From Fistulifera solaris (Eukaryota), in assembly GCA_030295235.1 (NCBI GenBank), contig AP026180.1, positions 62,001 to 126,000 of the forward strand: a stretch of 64,000 nt of DNA, in the 5' to 3' direction. Of this stretch, positions 15,473 through 27,797 are shown piece after piece. Made by a program: the position numbers and the translations under genes. Numbering within the stretch: position 1 is the first letter of the stretch; every line of letters begins with the position of its first letter. The notes beneath the pieces were generated by a model, which was not told where the DNA came from, made no database searches, and saw nothing but the letters and a program-made list of their open reading frames with translations.

Positions 15473-16500
15473 ATGAATTCGTCTTCTACATCTTCGTCAT
15501 CATCTTCGACTCCTCTGCTGATTTCATCCGCTCTTTTGCCTTCTCTTGTCTCTTCGCATGGCGATCGCCCAAGAATGACAGTAACGACGACTACACACTG
15601 TTGAGAAAGGCTCATTCACTTCGATTGAGTCTCAGTAAACCACCTCTCAGTCAATTCCGCGTCGTCGCCATCTTGGTAACGGAACGAAAGGAACTCATTT
15701 TTGGAACCAACGTGGAATCGTACGGCAGTTTGACCAACACGCTCTGTGCCGAACGAGCGGCATGTTCGCAATACATCTTACAATACCCCGATCAGGAGAC
15801 ACGCCCCTTCATTACGACCATTTACATTGTGTCCGACGCCGATGTCCCCATTTCACCGGGGTGTTTGTGTCGTGAATTTTTGTCGGGACAAAATCTGAGT
15901 GCATCCCAAACGAGAATTGTCATGCAATCGGCGGATTCTTCTTCCAAACCGTGGGTGAGTTGTCTGCAGGAATTATTCCCTCGACCGTCTCTTTACAATC
16001 GATTGAATATTCAGCAGCAGCTCGAACTCGGAACCGTTTTGTCGTCGCAACAACCATTCTCGGGTCAATCGGTGGGGAGCTTGTCGCAGCAAGATATATT
16101 GAACTTATGGAATACCGCGTGGCAGGCTGCGAAAAGTGATGTACGTGACAAAGTCTTTCCGATGCACTATGGTGCTGCCGCACTCATTAAAGTCGATGAC
16201 GGAATTCATCGTTTGGTGAGTGCGTGTGCCTTAAAGGCCGTCGAGTACGGGTCCAGTCAAGATGCTTTGTGTCAGTTGTGGACTCTGGTATCAAAACAAC
16301 TGGAGCAGATCACGGCGGTGATCCTGGTCGATCAATTTGGTTTATTGCATACCCCCGCCGCTGTGGCGCGGTCGATTTGGGCCGAGTATGGAGGTGGAAG
16401 CGTGCCCATTATTCTGTACAAGTACGACAACACGCCCAAGGCTGAACTGGAAGCTGTTCCGATGGATTCTTTGGCGCCGTATGTGCCCAAAATTTGGTAA
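15473..16500 (+). CDS. Cytidine deaminase-like protein, two-domain type with degenerate second domain and probable N-terminal hydrophobic anchor
   Basis: PLSQFRVVAILV, GTNVES, LCAERAA, ISPGCLCREFL. Second domain YGAAA...KAVEYG...DQFG. The start at 15473 needs one extra T in the run at ~15533, giving PLLISSALFAFSCLFAW. Confidence 0.8.
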
Positions 16501-16660
16501 TATTCGAACGATGAGATTGTGATTTGCCAATCATCTGCAATTAGTACCGTTGTGGATAGCGAATACATTAGCTATCACAAGTAAAAAAGAGGATGTGATA
16601 GCTGTAAACATATCTAGCATGAAGGTTCAAAAAAGGCGGTGAATAAAAACCTCTTTTCCG

Positions 16661-17107
16661 TTAAGCGCTAGACTTTCCTTGAGACACAACTGGGAAGAAT
16701 TGCAGTAACGACATTTGCCGTGCTTCCGAGGCTTTCTTCATTTCCCTGCGTTTTCTCAATTCTTCTAGTTTTGTGAGTCTGGTCATAACGTGCTTCCCAT
16801 GGAACGTCTCCATGTGATTAATCACGTGTGAATGATCATTTATGTGGAAGGGCACAAACTCACGGCACATCGTACAATACGCGCACTTGGCATCTTTGGC
16901 CTTGACATTATAGTAATCCCGATCCCCGCGAGCTTTGACTACAAGATGCATGAAATCCCAATACGGGTCGGACGATCGAGCGTAGTAAGGGCAAATGATG
17001 TCCGGACGGCCGACTTCCGTCGATAGGTCGGACATTTCGTCGAATTGAGTATTCCGAATGATCATCTTCGGTAACTCTGTTTCGGATGATGATTCTTTAA
17101 TGAGCAT
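16661..17107 (-). CDS. Small BED zinc-finger-like protein
   Basis: SDPYWDFM...AYCTMC...HVINHMETFH matches the W..F/CxxC/HxxxxH BED pattern. Basic tail ends QMSLLQFF (PIP-box-like). Start taken at ATG 17107. Confidence 0.55.
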   Translation of the reverse strand: MLIKESSSETELPKMIIRNTQFDEMSDLSTEVGRPDIICPYYARSSDPYWDFMHLVVKARGDRDYYNVKAKDAKCAYCTMCREFVPFHINDHSHVINHMETFHGKHVMTRLTKLEELRKRREMKKASEARQMSLLQFFPVVSQGKSSA

Positions 17108-17351
17108 TTTCAAAGAAGGGAGAATGGAGGAGAATGTGTGTTGGTAGCAGATACAATCAGAGATTCGTGAGAATAAATAGTGTAGATGAACGAGAAATGG
17201 TTTGAAAAAATGACGAGAATGTGCATGGCGGAAGACTCCTCTCTCCCGCCTTGGCGCGTTGATCGCCGGTCGGGTCTCATACACACGCAAGCATTGCCAC
17301 ATACCCAGAAAATCTGTGCAGTCCGAAAAAGTGTTCTTTTCGTTTTGGCAT

Positions 17352-17396
17352 GGGGTGTGGGTGTGGGGTGTGTGTGTGGGGTGTGGGGTGTGGGGG
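17352..17396 (+). repeat. G/T simple repeat (GGGGTGT-like), potential G-quadruplex
   Basis: ggggtgtgggtgtggggtgtgtgtgtggggtgtggggtgtggggg: six runs of 3 or more G. Confidence 0.8.
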
Positions 17397-17523
17397 AAGG
17401 ATTTCAAAGATCGAATCATCGACAAAATATCGATTTTGTATAGGAAAAAGAGAATAAATGACTCTTGGCGGGTAAACCGCAGGCGGCTAGTTACAATAAT
17501 AGATCCAAAGCTAATCATGCTCT

Positions 17524-17878
17524 AATTGCGATTGCAGCCGGCAATGTCTTTTTCGAGTCCTGACCTTCATGTTTTACTATGATCCAAACAGTGGATTTTA
17601 CCAATCCATGACTGGATATCAGTCATGAGACTGCCTCAATCCTCAATCCTTTTGTCCATGCAGCTTGCAGCGCGAATTTTTTGTTCACTTCGCGTTTGTT
17701 CGCAGTCTCATTATAACAATGGATTAAAAGATTAATACGCTCTCACCTTGGAATTTCGCGCAATTGCGATTGCAGCCGGCAATGTCTTTTTCGAGTCCTG
17801 ACCTTCATGTTTTTACTATCATTCAAACAGTTGGTTCTCCCAATCCGCGACTGGATTTCAGTCATGTTACTGCATCAA
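17524..17878 (-). repeat. Two ~115-bp direct repeats, period 238 bp (hairpin-core repeat family, locus 2)
   Basis: aattgcgattgcagccggcaatgtctttttcgagtcctgaccttcatgtttt at 17524 and 17762. Each ends in a hairpin core: perfect CATGACTG-GATAT-CAGTCATG in copy 1, cgcgactggatttcagtcatg in copy 2. Confidence 0.9.
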
Positions 17879-18241
17879 AGGCTCGATCTTTGAAAAATAG
17901 CTAGACTTCTTGCGTACCTTGGTATTGGTATTGTCTCAAAAAAATAAGGCCACATCATTCTCTCTTACTATCGGATCGGTAATTGACTCGACTCTCACTT
18001 TTCTGCCGTCACATACCAGGTAGGCGTCAGCAACAGTCGGTACTTGTAGCTGGTCGTGCGAAGGACGTACCAGCTCAAACGATACGCGAAAAGCACATAA
18101 AAAAATAAGACGGAGAATAATAAAAAACAAAACAAAAACAAAAGTACTCCGTAGAATGAGGCATTCAACCATCAAGCCATGAATCCAGCTGAATTATAAA
18201 GTAACAAAAATAGGATCGATCAACGAGAGAGACGGCAAAGT

Positions 18242-19647
18242 ATGTTCCCGCCAACGGCACTACGATGTTCCGTTCGAATCATCACATCACGGGCCGGTCG
18301 AAAGCTGCACGGGCGCCATCGTTCGACCGTTCCGGCTCCTCGTCCCGAAGCGTCCCTTTCCACACCACGAATTGATTTGCAAGTAGCCGCCAAAATTGAA
18401 GGAGAAGAATCCCAGATTGTGACTGTCGAATTACGAAAAGGTGAAAAGCTACGGGCGGAGTCGGCGTCGATGATTTATATGACGGAAGGTACGAACGAAC
18501 GAACCGTCGTCGTCGTTTCATGAAACCTTGGCGTGATTTTCTTACAGTGTTGTGTTTGCTGCATCCAGGCGTGGATATGGATACAAACTTGGGAGAAGGT
18601 GGAGCATTTAGTCGATGGATGACGGGGCAAAATGTATTTCTTACCGACTTTGTTTACAATGGAGAGAGCAAAGGGACAGTGGCGCTCGGAACCGACTTTC
18701 CTTCCAAAATAATACGACTTTCACTGGACGATTTACCGGAAAATACACTCATCTGTCAGCGGGGCGCGTATTTGGCGAGTAATCCGGGTGTGGCGATTGA
18801 AATGGAATTCGCGAAAAGTCTGAAAGCTGGTTTCTTTGGTGGCCAGGGGTTCATATTACAAAAATTATCCGGAGAGGGAGACGTGCTAGTCAAAGGAGGT
18901 GGAACGGTTATTATTCAAGATTTAAAGCCAGGAGAGACACTTCGGGTGTCATCTGGTAGTATTGTAGCTTTTGAAAGGACGATCGAGTATGATGTACAAA
19001 TGATGCCGGGGATTAAGAATGTCATGTTTGGAGGTGAAGGGCTCTTTATCACCTCATTGAAAGGCCCTGGTCGAGTATGGCTTCAGGGTATGCCACCGGA
19101 TCGAATGATTGCCGAAATTGCTAGACGAGTTCCGTCGGGTGGTCCGGGGATTGGTATTCCTATTGGAGTGGGAGGAGGAAGCAGCAGTACGGAAGATGCT
19201 GGTGATGCTTCGCCCGGCGATGACAGTGCCGCAGATGCTGTAGCAGCCGCCGATGCTTCGATTCAGTCGGAACGAATGGCTACCGTTGCTACGAGTGGAC
19301 AGTCAGGAGATCCAGATTCACCTTCTAGCTTGTTTGGAGATGCTGCCCCTGATGAGACTGTCGCGAAACCAATGGAGAGCGACACCGATACATTTGCTAC
19401 GGACAATTCGTTCTCAACGTCTTCTACCGAACCAACCTTCAGCGATTCTGATTTTGCTTCGACGGAATATAACGAACCAACCTTTGATGAGGTAGAGATG
19501 AAGGAGGGTGATTTCGCGAATGACGACTTTTCTAGCTTTGAAGAGGGGACGAGCACTGAAGGGCTGGCAGACACTGTATCCGAAGAAAGTGGATCGAGCA
19601 TTCTAGGCACTCTTTGGGATCTTTTCATGGGCGGCCGCGATGATTAG
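18242..19647 (+). CDS. AIM24/TIGR00266 family protein, probably mitochondrial, with long acidic tail
   Basis: Arg-rich presequence. IEGEESQIVTVEL..GEKLRAESASMIYM, intron 18489..18568, LICQRGAYLA, GFFGGQGFILQKLSGEG, MFGGEGLF..SLKGPGRVWLQ. Confidence 0.88.
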
Positions 19648-19694
19648 TTTGTTAGCAACAAGGCAATTATGAAAAAAACTGTAAATACTCAATT

Positions 19695-20857
19695 CTATTG
19701 AATAATTAACGTCTTGTGTTCCCACCCGTACAGAGCCTTGTGATTATCGAAGAGTTCCTGCATGGCAGCAATGAGTTTGTCTTGATACTTTTGAATGAGT
19801 TCGGGGGATGGATCGTCGCATTTTTCTGTCGGAATGGCTTTTCCCTTGACGCCAAAGATAGGTACACGGTACGGAATCGGTAAATAGTAACGACCATAAA
19901 TGAGAATAATGGCAAACCCGAGCTTCCGACTAAGATTTTCCACTCCACGAAACCACCAAGACAACAGAACCTGCGTATTGCCAAACACATAACAAGGAAC
20001 CAGATCAGCACCAGTCCGCAAGGCCAACTTAATAAGACCCACCCGTTCTTTCAACAAAATGACTTCTTCGTCTCCGTGCACAAAGACTTCGGCGACACCC
20101 CCGGTCGAAATCCCAATCGTGTACGGATATTGTTCGAGTTGTCGTTGCGCCGTATGTCGATCGGCATCGACGACACCGATACTGCGCAAGATTTGTTTGA
20201 ACAATGGAGGACGGAGGGCCGCACTACTGGCGAGTCCAATGAAATGATGACCGGACAGACTGGGCCACGCGAGCATACTCAAAATATTGCCGTATCTGTG
20301 CGCAGGGTGAATGGTGAGTCTACGTTGTGTGTGTGTCACAATATCGAGTCCACGAACTTCCGTATTACTTACGGAAAGACTCCATGGGGCGGTGCAACTA
20401 ATATTTGGGGCCGTGTGTTGGGATGGACGGCCACCGGATCGTGTGTCATGATAGAATCCTCGTACGCAAAGCGGAAGGAGAAATACTTGGCAATGAGATG
20501 CGCGAGTTGACTGTGCAATGTCGCCGGAACGAAGGCTTGCGGTAAAATTGCCAACGGCAGTAACGCCATCAGAAGGTACGCAAACGCGCGCGGAATACTC
20601 CCCACCACGAAATATCCCAACAAGGTCGTGACAATGGGGATAGTAATGGCACCATTGGGTACACCAAACGCTAGAAAAAGAACACAAATGACTTCTTCCC
20701 ACCATTTCATTGGTTCTACTTTCAAGACGTGTTCCTTGGTGACTTTTTCAATCGGAAGGGCGGCCGCTTGACGCTGTTCGGGGCTTTTAGAGAGAGCGAC
20801 TTTTTCGGCCAACGAAAGCCCGCAAAAGTCTAAAAAGCCAGCCTGCGATTTCTTCAT
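19695..20857 (-). CDS. DGAT2: Diacylglycerol O-acyltransferase type 2 (DAGAT family)
   Basis: TM hairpin, KYFSFR, PPHGVFP, intron 20296..20372, YGN, GGVAE, RVGLIKLALRTGADLVPCYVFG, GRYYLPIPYR. Confidence 0.88.
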
Positions 20858-21366
20858 GGTCAAGAATGAATTAAAACGAAAACAATAGCGGCTATTTCTA
20901 TCCAAAATGCAGTCCAGGATCTTTAGAATCTTTACTTGGACGACTACGACTGCGAATATTATAATGCGGAACGCAAAAATCACACGACGACGACGATGAA
21001 CAAAGGAAGAAAAAACGGATCGCGAAACAACATCGCTAGTACGATGTGGTAGCACAAAACGTGCTAAATAATCTATACACATCGCACCAACACTCTTTAT
21101 TATGCCGTTGGTGTTTTGCGTTTAACCGAGCCATCTGTCGACGTCGGACAGACGCCAATGCCAGTGGTCGATCGTCGTCGTTGTTGCAAACACGTGCAAC
21201 ACAATGGCAATGCGCCTTTTCATTGTTGTTATTTGCTTGTGAACATTCGACGCCTTCCTTTCTTGTTTATTTGTTAAAGCACTGCTAGTTCGATAGCCTC
21301 ATTCAAACTATTTGATTCGTTTTTTTGTTCCACAGTCTATAATTGACCACAAAACAACGCAACAAA

Positions 21367-22770
21367 ATGAACCCCGTCAAAGTGATTACAGCGGGAGGAG
21401 CCGCCAATAATTCCTCCAAAACATCATCTCGCAAACCGCTCGCACAGACGGTACAAAATGAACTGGATTTTGCTACCAAACTGGAAATGGAACACCCGGA
21501 TGACGACTCAAACAACGATCCGCTTCATTCACGACACGCGGCGTATCACGATGATCCGCTCCAACACACATCATCATCCTCGCCCTATTCCGACAATCCT
21601 TCTCGGATGAAACAAGGACCGCCAGATCATCATCATCATCATCATTCTACACATTCCGAGATTTCCCACGATAAGTCTTCAAAACTGGATCTCATTTGGT
21701 TGATTGTCTGCTTCTTTGGGATCATGGCGTCCTTTGTTTGTTACGGTTTGTTGATGGAATACACAACATCGGGAGGCCGTGAATTGCACGAACTTTCCTT
21801 TCTGTTTGTCACATCGGCCCTCTATACCATCACGGCGGCCGCGGGTCGCTATGTCCGCGATGAAACACCAACGACGATACCTCCGGGACGATTTGCCGTC
21901 TTGGGTTTGACCAGTATGGGGAGTACCTTTTGTTCCGTCCGGTCGTTGCGGTACGTCCTTTGAAGCATTGCATCGTGCATGGTGTCGTCTTTCTCACCCC
22001 CAACTTTAGATACGTCATTTACCCCATTCAAGTGTTAGCCAAAAGTTGCAAACCGGTTCCTGTCATGTTAATGGGGACGTTGATGGGCAAACGGTATCCG
22101 TTACGGAAATACATCAATGTCGTCATGATCGTTCTCGGTGTCGCCATGTTCATGGGTGGTGGTGATTCCAAGCACAAAGGCAGCGGTGATTCCGACGCCT
22201 CGCCCCAACAAATGATTGGGATCGTCTTGCTGTTTATTTCGCTCTGTTTCGACGGAGGCACCGGCGCGTATGAAGACAAACTCATGAGCGTCCATTCCGT
22301 CCAACCCTTTGATCTCATGTACAATATTCAATTGGGAAAAACCATTCTCGCGGGCATTGGCTTGCTTGTCTTGAATCAATTGCACATTTTCATACAAATG
22401 GTGCAAGAAATGGGCTTTTGTTGGTGGCGCTCGGATTGAGTGGTGCCTTGGGCCAAGTCTTTATCTTTGTGACGATTGCCAATTTGGGGCACTGACGTGC
22501 AGTATTATTGGGTTGGCGCGGAAAGTCACGACGTTGGTGGCCAGTATTTACTTTTATGGTCACGCGTTGAATGCTGTACAATCCGCCGGCTTGTTTGTCA
22601 GCGTCGCCTCCATGGTCATGAACTTTTGGGGAAAGAAAAGCAAGAAAGAGGGTCACGGCGGTGAGAACAGTGGCGCGGTTCCGGAAGAAATGGAAAAGAT
22701 ATTGGCGGAGGAACACGATGACGAAGAAGAAGGAGGAGGAGGAGATGTAGAACTCCCAACACAGCGGTAA
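21367..22770 (+). CDS. UAA-family nucleotide-sugar transporter (SLC35B1/UDP-galactose transporter-like)
   Basis: SLRY, intron 21951..22009, VIYPIQVLAKSCKPVPVMLMG, SLCFDGGTGAYED, GQVFIF..., ARKVTTLVASI. Two 1-bp indels at ~22418 and ~22485. His-rich N-terminus. Confidence 0.88.
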
Positions 22771-22890
22771 CAGACAATAGTTTAACGATATGCTATCAGA
22801 CACATGCAGGGAACGAATTGTAGGTCTAGTTTTAGTACGGAAGAAAGAGCATGCGACTATCAGTCATTCTATTTCTACGAGACACTAGCT

Positions 22891-25656
22891 TTATGTCCAC
22901 GACCGACGCTCTTTACCGCATGCATCCTGGAACGCTCGGACAACAATGCTGAATTCTTCAAACGGCAATCCCTTACTCAACGAACTCATGAACTCCGCCT
23001 TGGGGCGTTCTGGAATACGTTCAACGCCCTGGAAAGCGGATGCAAGCCACTGCAAAAGCAACTGGGGATTGAATAAATTAAGCTTCCACAATGTCTCGGG
23101 TATCTGGCGCTCATTGTAGGCCGGCAAATCTCCGATCACCGCCCTTGCCAAGTTATGTACAATCATCTGGCCTTCGCGAGAAAGAGCTTGCTCTAAAGCC
23201 GCCTTGCTATCCGGTTTGTTCTGCTCGCGAAGCGAAAGCGCATACGATATTAAGTCATCGAGAAACCGAAGTGTTCCTTTGTTCGCCCCTTGATGCTCCA
23301 ACTGCATTCCAACAACGGCGCACTGCAATAGCGAATGAAGTAAAGGACTGATCATTAACGGGTCCGGGCAGTTATTGGTTACTCTCCCCATAAGATAAAA
23401 GAATTCCTCCACCACGTCCGGATGGTTGGTCATGTCTTCCAAATCTCTCAGAAACGAAAATGTTGTGTTCGAGAGTGTGAATACTGTATCAAAAAGTTGC
23501 TTGGTGTAGACAGCGTTGTGACCGTATTCAGCAACGCAAATACTAGCCAAATAAAGGAAAGGCGATTGCCGTGATCGTTCGTAGCTGAGTACGATTGTCT
23601 GTAACAACGTATTCACCATAGGAGAATATGCATTGGAACCTATAGACCGAAGAGCGTGCTTATGCAAGCGGCATATTTTCTCGGCCAACATATTATCTTC
23701 GGGAAAACGATTGAAGGCAGCCTCAAGCAAGCTCCATAATGTTTTCATCATTTCCAGCATTGGGTTCGGCGTACAATTCGCAACTTTGAGAAATTGCACG
23801 ACGACGGTAAGGCGATCGATCTCCGGAATCAAGTTTTTCCTTGGCGACGCGTGCTGATCTCCGCTACCGCGGCACCTAACCGGATGAGGATGGGCTGCGT
23901 CAATCGCGCAACATAGGGCGATATGTCGTGTGTCCGCGTATCGAATATTTCCCGTGACACTGCGGTGCAGGCTCCTTCTAAAACTTGAAGTTCATCTGCC
24001 AGCTGCAAGTGCCCGGCAACATCCGAATACAGCTGCAGAACTGGTTCAAATATGGCAAATTTCTGGTTCGAGCACCCACAGAGCTCTTTGATCGCAATAG
24101 CCGCGGCCGGTGCACACTCCTTGTCCGATAAGCTTTGTGCTAAGAAAGGTAGCAAAGGTTTTGTTAACTCAGGATGTGCCGCCAGCCAAGACGCATATTT
24201 CCCTATTATCTTGCTCGACGTGTATCGTAATGGCCGAATGTTCATTGGTAGATGCGACATCATCTCAAAGATAAAGGGTAGAAACTCGTTCTCGTCGCTA
24301 GGAACGAATCGATGTATGGCGCAAATACACGCCAAACTCGATTCGATCCCTGCCATTGTTGTAGATTTTGTTGCACCTGCTGTCGCAATGCCGTCCCGAT
24401 TTTTTGGAGCACACTGTGGCCACCCAACAAGCGACAGCAATCTTCTACGGTCTCTGCCACATAAAATCGATGCCGATTGATATCTTCTACGAGATCGTCC
24501 GCCAGTTCGTCAATGTCGTCGGGAAATTTCATAAGATGATTGACACACACGTCAATGAGTTGCAGCATATGTGGGGTGTAAATGTCGATCAGCTCTTGTC
24601 GCCATTCAAAGGGATGGATCGCTTCCAGATCGATGACCAGTCGGTACCAGAAATTAAGCGTTATACTGGATACCTCTGGATCCGCAACCTGTGAGCACTT
24701 TAATACTCCATCTACCATGTTGGTGACCGGTTGCTCCGATAATATCAGACTCATGTACGACTCTCCCATTTCGGTAATGACGCGACAGTAGGCTCGCTGA
24801 ACGTCTTCATCCTCGGACGCCAGTGCTTCCTCCAACGGAAGCTGAAACAGCAGTGGCAGCATCGCTTGCACCAAAGTCTCGTTCCCGTATTGATGACTCG
24901 GATACATCCGCAACACTTCCACCACCACATCCGCCGCCGCCTCCATCAACTCCGCTTGCGTCAATGCTTGTACGGACGCCGCCAATAATGCCGTTTCGGC
25001 CAAAGTATCCGGTCGAATGGGAACATAATGAATCCAAGCATGAAGAATTTGCAAAACATGGGTGGGTTCTTGTGTTTGCAAGAATTGAAAGAAGGTCGAC
25101 GACGTGGCCACCAGATGATCTCGCATCGTATATCGGTACACATCATCGACATAGAGTCGCCGCGACGCACATTCTTCCGGTAACACTTTCAAGATAATTA
25201 GAGCGAGCGATGTCGGATTCGACAACAAGTCACTGACAATGGTACACCAATTCATTTGTACCGCCAATGCCGAGACACAGAGCGCGAGACGGGTCGTCAA
25301 GGCGTCTCCTTGCGCATGCTTTTGTAAATGTTGCAACAACGAATCCCGCAAGGACGGCAACGACTCGACCGGTAACTGATGAATATCGGTGCGGCATTTG
25401 GTGTGCAAGGTTTGTGCCGCAAAGAAGCGTTTTTGGACATTGGAGGATGCGTCGTGCAACAATTTGTCACACACCATCCATGATATTGGTTTGGACTGAA
25501 AGCTAATGAGATACCGGTCCGCTAATTGTCGTTGCGACCACCATTCTTGAGAAGATTGTGTCGAATCAGTCGAAAAACAGCATTCAAGGCTAATTGGACG
25601 CGACTCAGTTCTTCGTCCGCATTGTCGCTGTGCGCGGGCAGTTGTGCATGTGACAT
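22891..25656 (-). CDS. Transportin-3/importin-13-like karyopherin beta (Mtr10/TNPO3 family)
   Basis: QLADRYLISFQ...W, FFAAQTLHTKC, SLRDSLL, TLNFWYRL, IGKYASWLAAHP, NHPDVVEEFF. HEAT-like helical sequence. Indels at ~25575, ~24348, ~23835. Confidence 0.85.
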
Positions 25657-26076
25657 TTTTTTCTCCTTTTAATTGAAACCCGTTAGAGCAGATTGCGTTA
25701 ATCCTCGATTCTTTTGCAGATGTGGCAATGTAGTTTGCCTTTTCCTTCTCAGAATGAATGAATCAGAACTCTGACTGATAAAGTCGAAGGAGGAAATGAA
25801 CGATGATGAGCATGCGATCGGATCTATGCGCTGCGCGCTGCCTTGTTTTTGCGAGCTTTGCTGACTATAAAACCATGTGACGTTCCGGGTACTTTTTCGT
25901 TTAAAATAGAAAACAGTTATGAGTCTTAACGGTACCTATTACTTTTTTTACGTTTCCACGTGGAATGATAAAGACGCGCACTGCACCGCGCAACTTTCAC
26001 GAGGATCTTCCCTCCATCGCCGCGGCGTCTTCGTCTTCTCATTTTCATCGAACGAGAAGACTTTTTCATAGAGACC

Positions 26077-27797
26077 ATGACGACCGCGGAAGAGGTAAGT
26101 CCAGCACTCGATCCTTTTTCTGCACACACCCACAGACTCACATTGTAGTAGCACAAAGCGCTCGGCAACACCGCCTTACAGGCCGGAAACTTTACGAAAG
26201 CCATTGAGGAATATTCGGCCGCGATTCGACTCGACGGTACCAATCATGTTTACTACAGCAACCGCAGCGCGGCCTACCTTTCGAAAGAGGATGCTCCCAA
26301 TGCGTTGGAGGATGCGAATGCCTGTATTGCTCTCAATCCGACCTTTGTGAAAGGATATTCTCGGAAAGGAGCGGCGTTGCATGCGTTGCGGCGGTACAAT
26401 GATGCGATTGCGGCCTTTGAGGAAGGATTGAAGATAGCTCCGGGTGATGCTGCATTAATCAAAGGACTCGAATCGGTCAAGAAGGAACAGAAGGGAGGAC
26501 CTGGGCCTGTTTCGGGTTTATTTGGTCCAGAAATGATGGCAAACATGGCTCGTGATCCTCGATTGGCGGTAATGTTGCAAGATCCAGACGTTCAAGCCAA
26601 AATTCGTCTCGTGCAGTCCAATCCGGAAATGTTGCAAAGTGTCTTGCAGGATCCGAAAATGATGAAACTCTTTTCACTCATGATGGTGGCTCCGGAAGAG
26701 GAGGAGCAGGCAAAACCCGCCGCACGTGCTCCAGCTCCAGCTCCCGCACCGGAACCCGCACCGGAAGAAGATTGGTCTCAGCTCTCCCCGGAAGAACGCG
26801 CCGAGAAAGAAAAACAAAAGGAAGCGAATGAAATGAAAAAGAAAGGTAATGATCTATATAAAGACAAGAAATTCGATGAGGCTTTGGCGGCGTACGATCA
26901 AGCCATTGCGATTGACCCCACGAACATGACGTTTCATTCCAACAAGGCGGCGGTGTATTTGACCAATAAGCAATATGACCAATGCATCGAGGCGTGTATG
27001 AAAGCGGTTGAAGTGGGAAAAGAAAATCGTGCGTCCTTTGAGGATCGCGCCAAAGCCTACGCTCGGGCGGCCAAGGCGTATCAGAAAAAGGGTGATTTGG
27101 AGAAAGCCATTGAAATGTGCAATGAAGCGCAGTTAGAGTCGTACGATTCAGCCACACAGCGTCTGTTGAAAACGTTGGAATTGGAGAAGAAAAAAGCCGA
27201 CACGCTAGCGTACCAAGATGACGCAAAGGCCGAAGAAGCCAAACAAAAGGAAACGATTTCTTTCGCGCGCAACAGTGGCCCCAAGCCGTGGAGCAGTACG
27301 AAGAGGCCGTCAAACGGGCTCCCAAAAATGCCGCCATCCGTAACAACTTGGCGGCCGCCCTTTGTAAAATTATGGATTTCAATGGAGCCGTCCGACAAAT
27401 TGAAGAGGCTCTGGCGCTGGATCCTAAGTACGTCAAAGCCTACGCGCGCAAGGGTGATATTGAGATGTATCGGAAGGAATTTCACAAGGCAATGGACTCG
27501 TACAACAAGGGCCTTTCTATGGAACCCGACAATAAAGCGTGCTTGGAGGGACTCAGCAAATGCCGAACAGCAATTCAAATGGGCCGACGCAATATGACGG
27601 CGGAAGAGAAGCAAGAACAAGCTGCGCATGCCATGGCGGATCCAGAGATCCAATCCATTGTTTCGGATCCTATCGTGCAGCAAGTATTGCGAGACCTACA
27701 GGAAAATCCGGCGTCCATACAACAAGTCATGCAGGATGCCCACATGAGAAGCAAGATCGAGAAGCTTATCGCATCTGGTATCATCGAGACTGCTTAG
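26077..27797 (+). CDS. STI1: Hsp70-Hsp90 organizing protein STI1/HOP (TPR1-DP1-TPR2A-TPR2B-DP2)
   Basis: MTTAEE, intron 26095..26151, HKALGN...YYSNRSAAY, KGYSRKGAAL, KKKGNDLYK, HSNKAAVY, AMADPEIQSIVSDP, KIEKLIASGII. One indel at ~27250. Confidence 0.93.
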
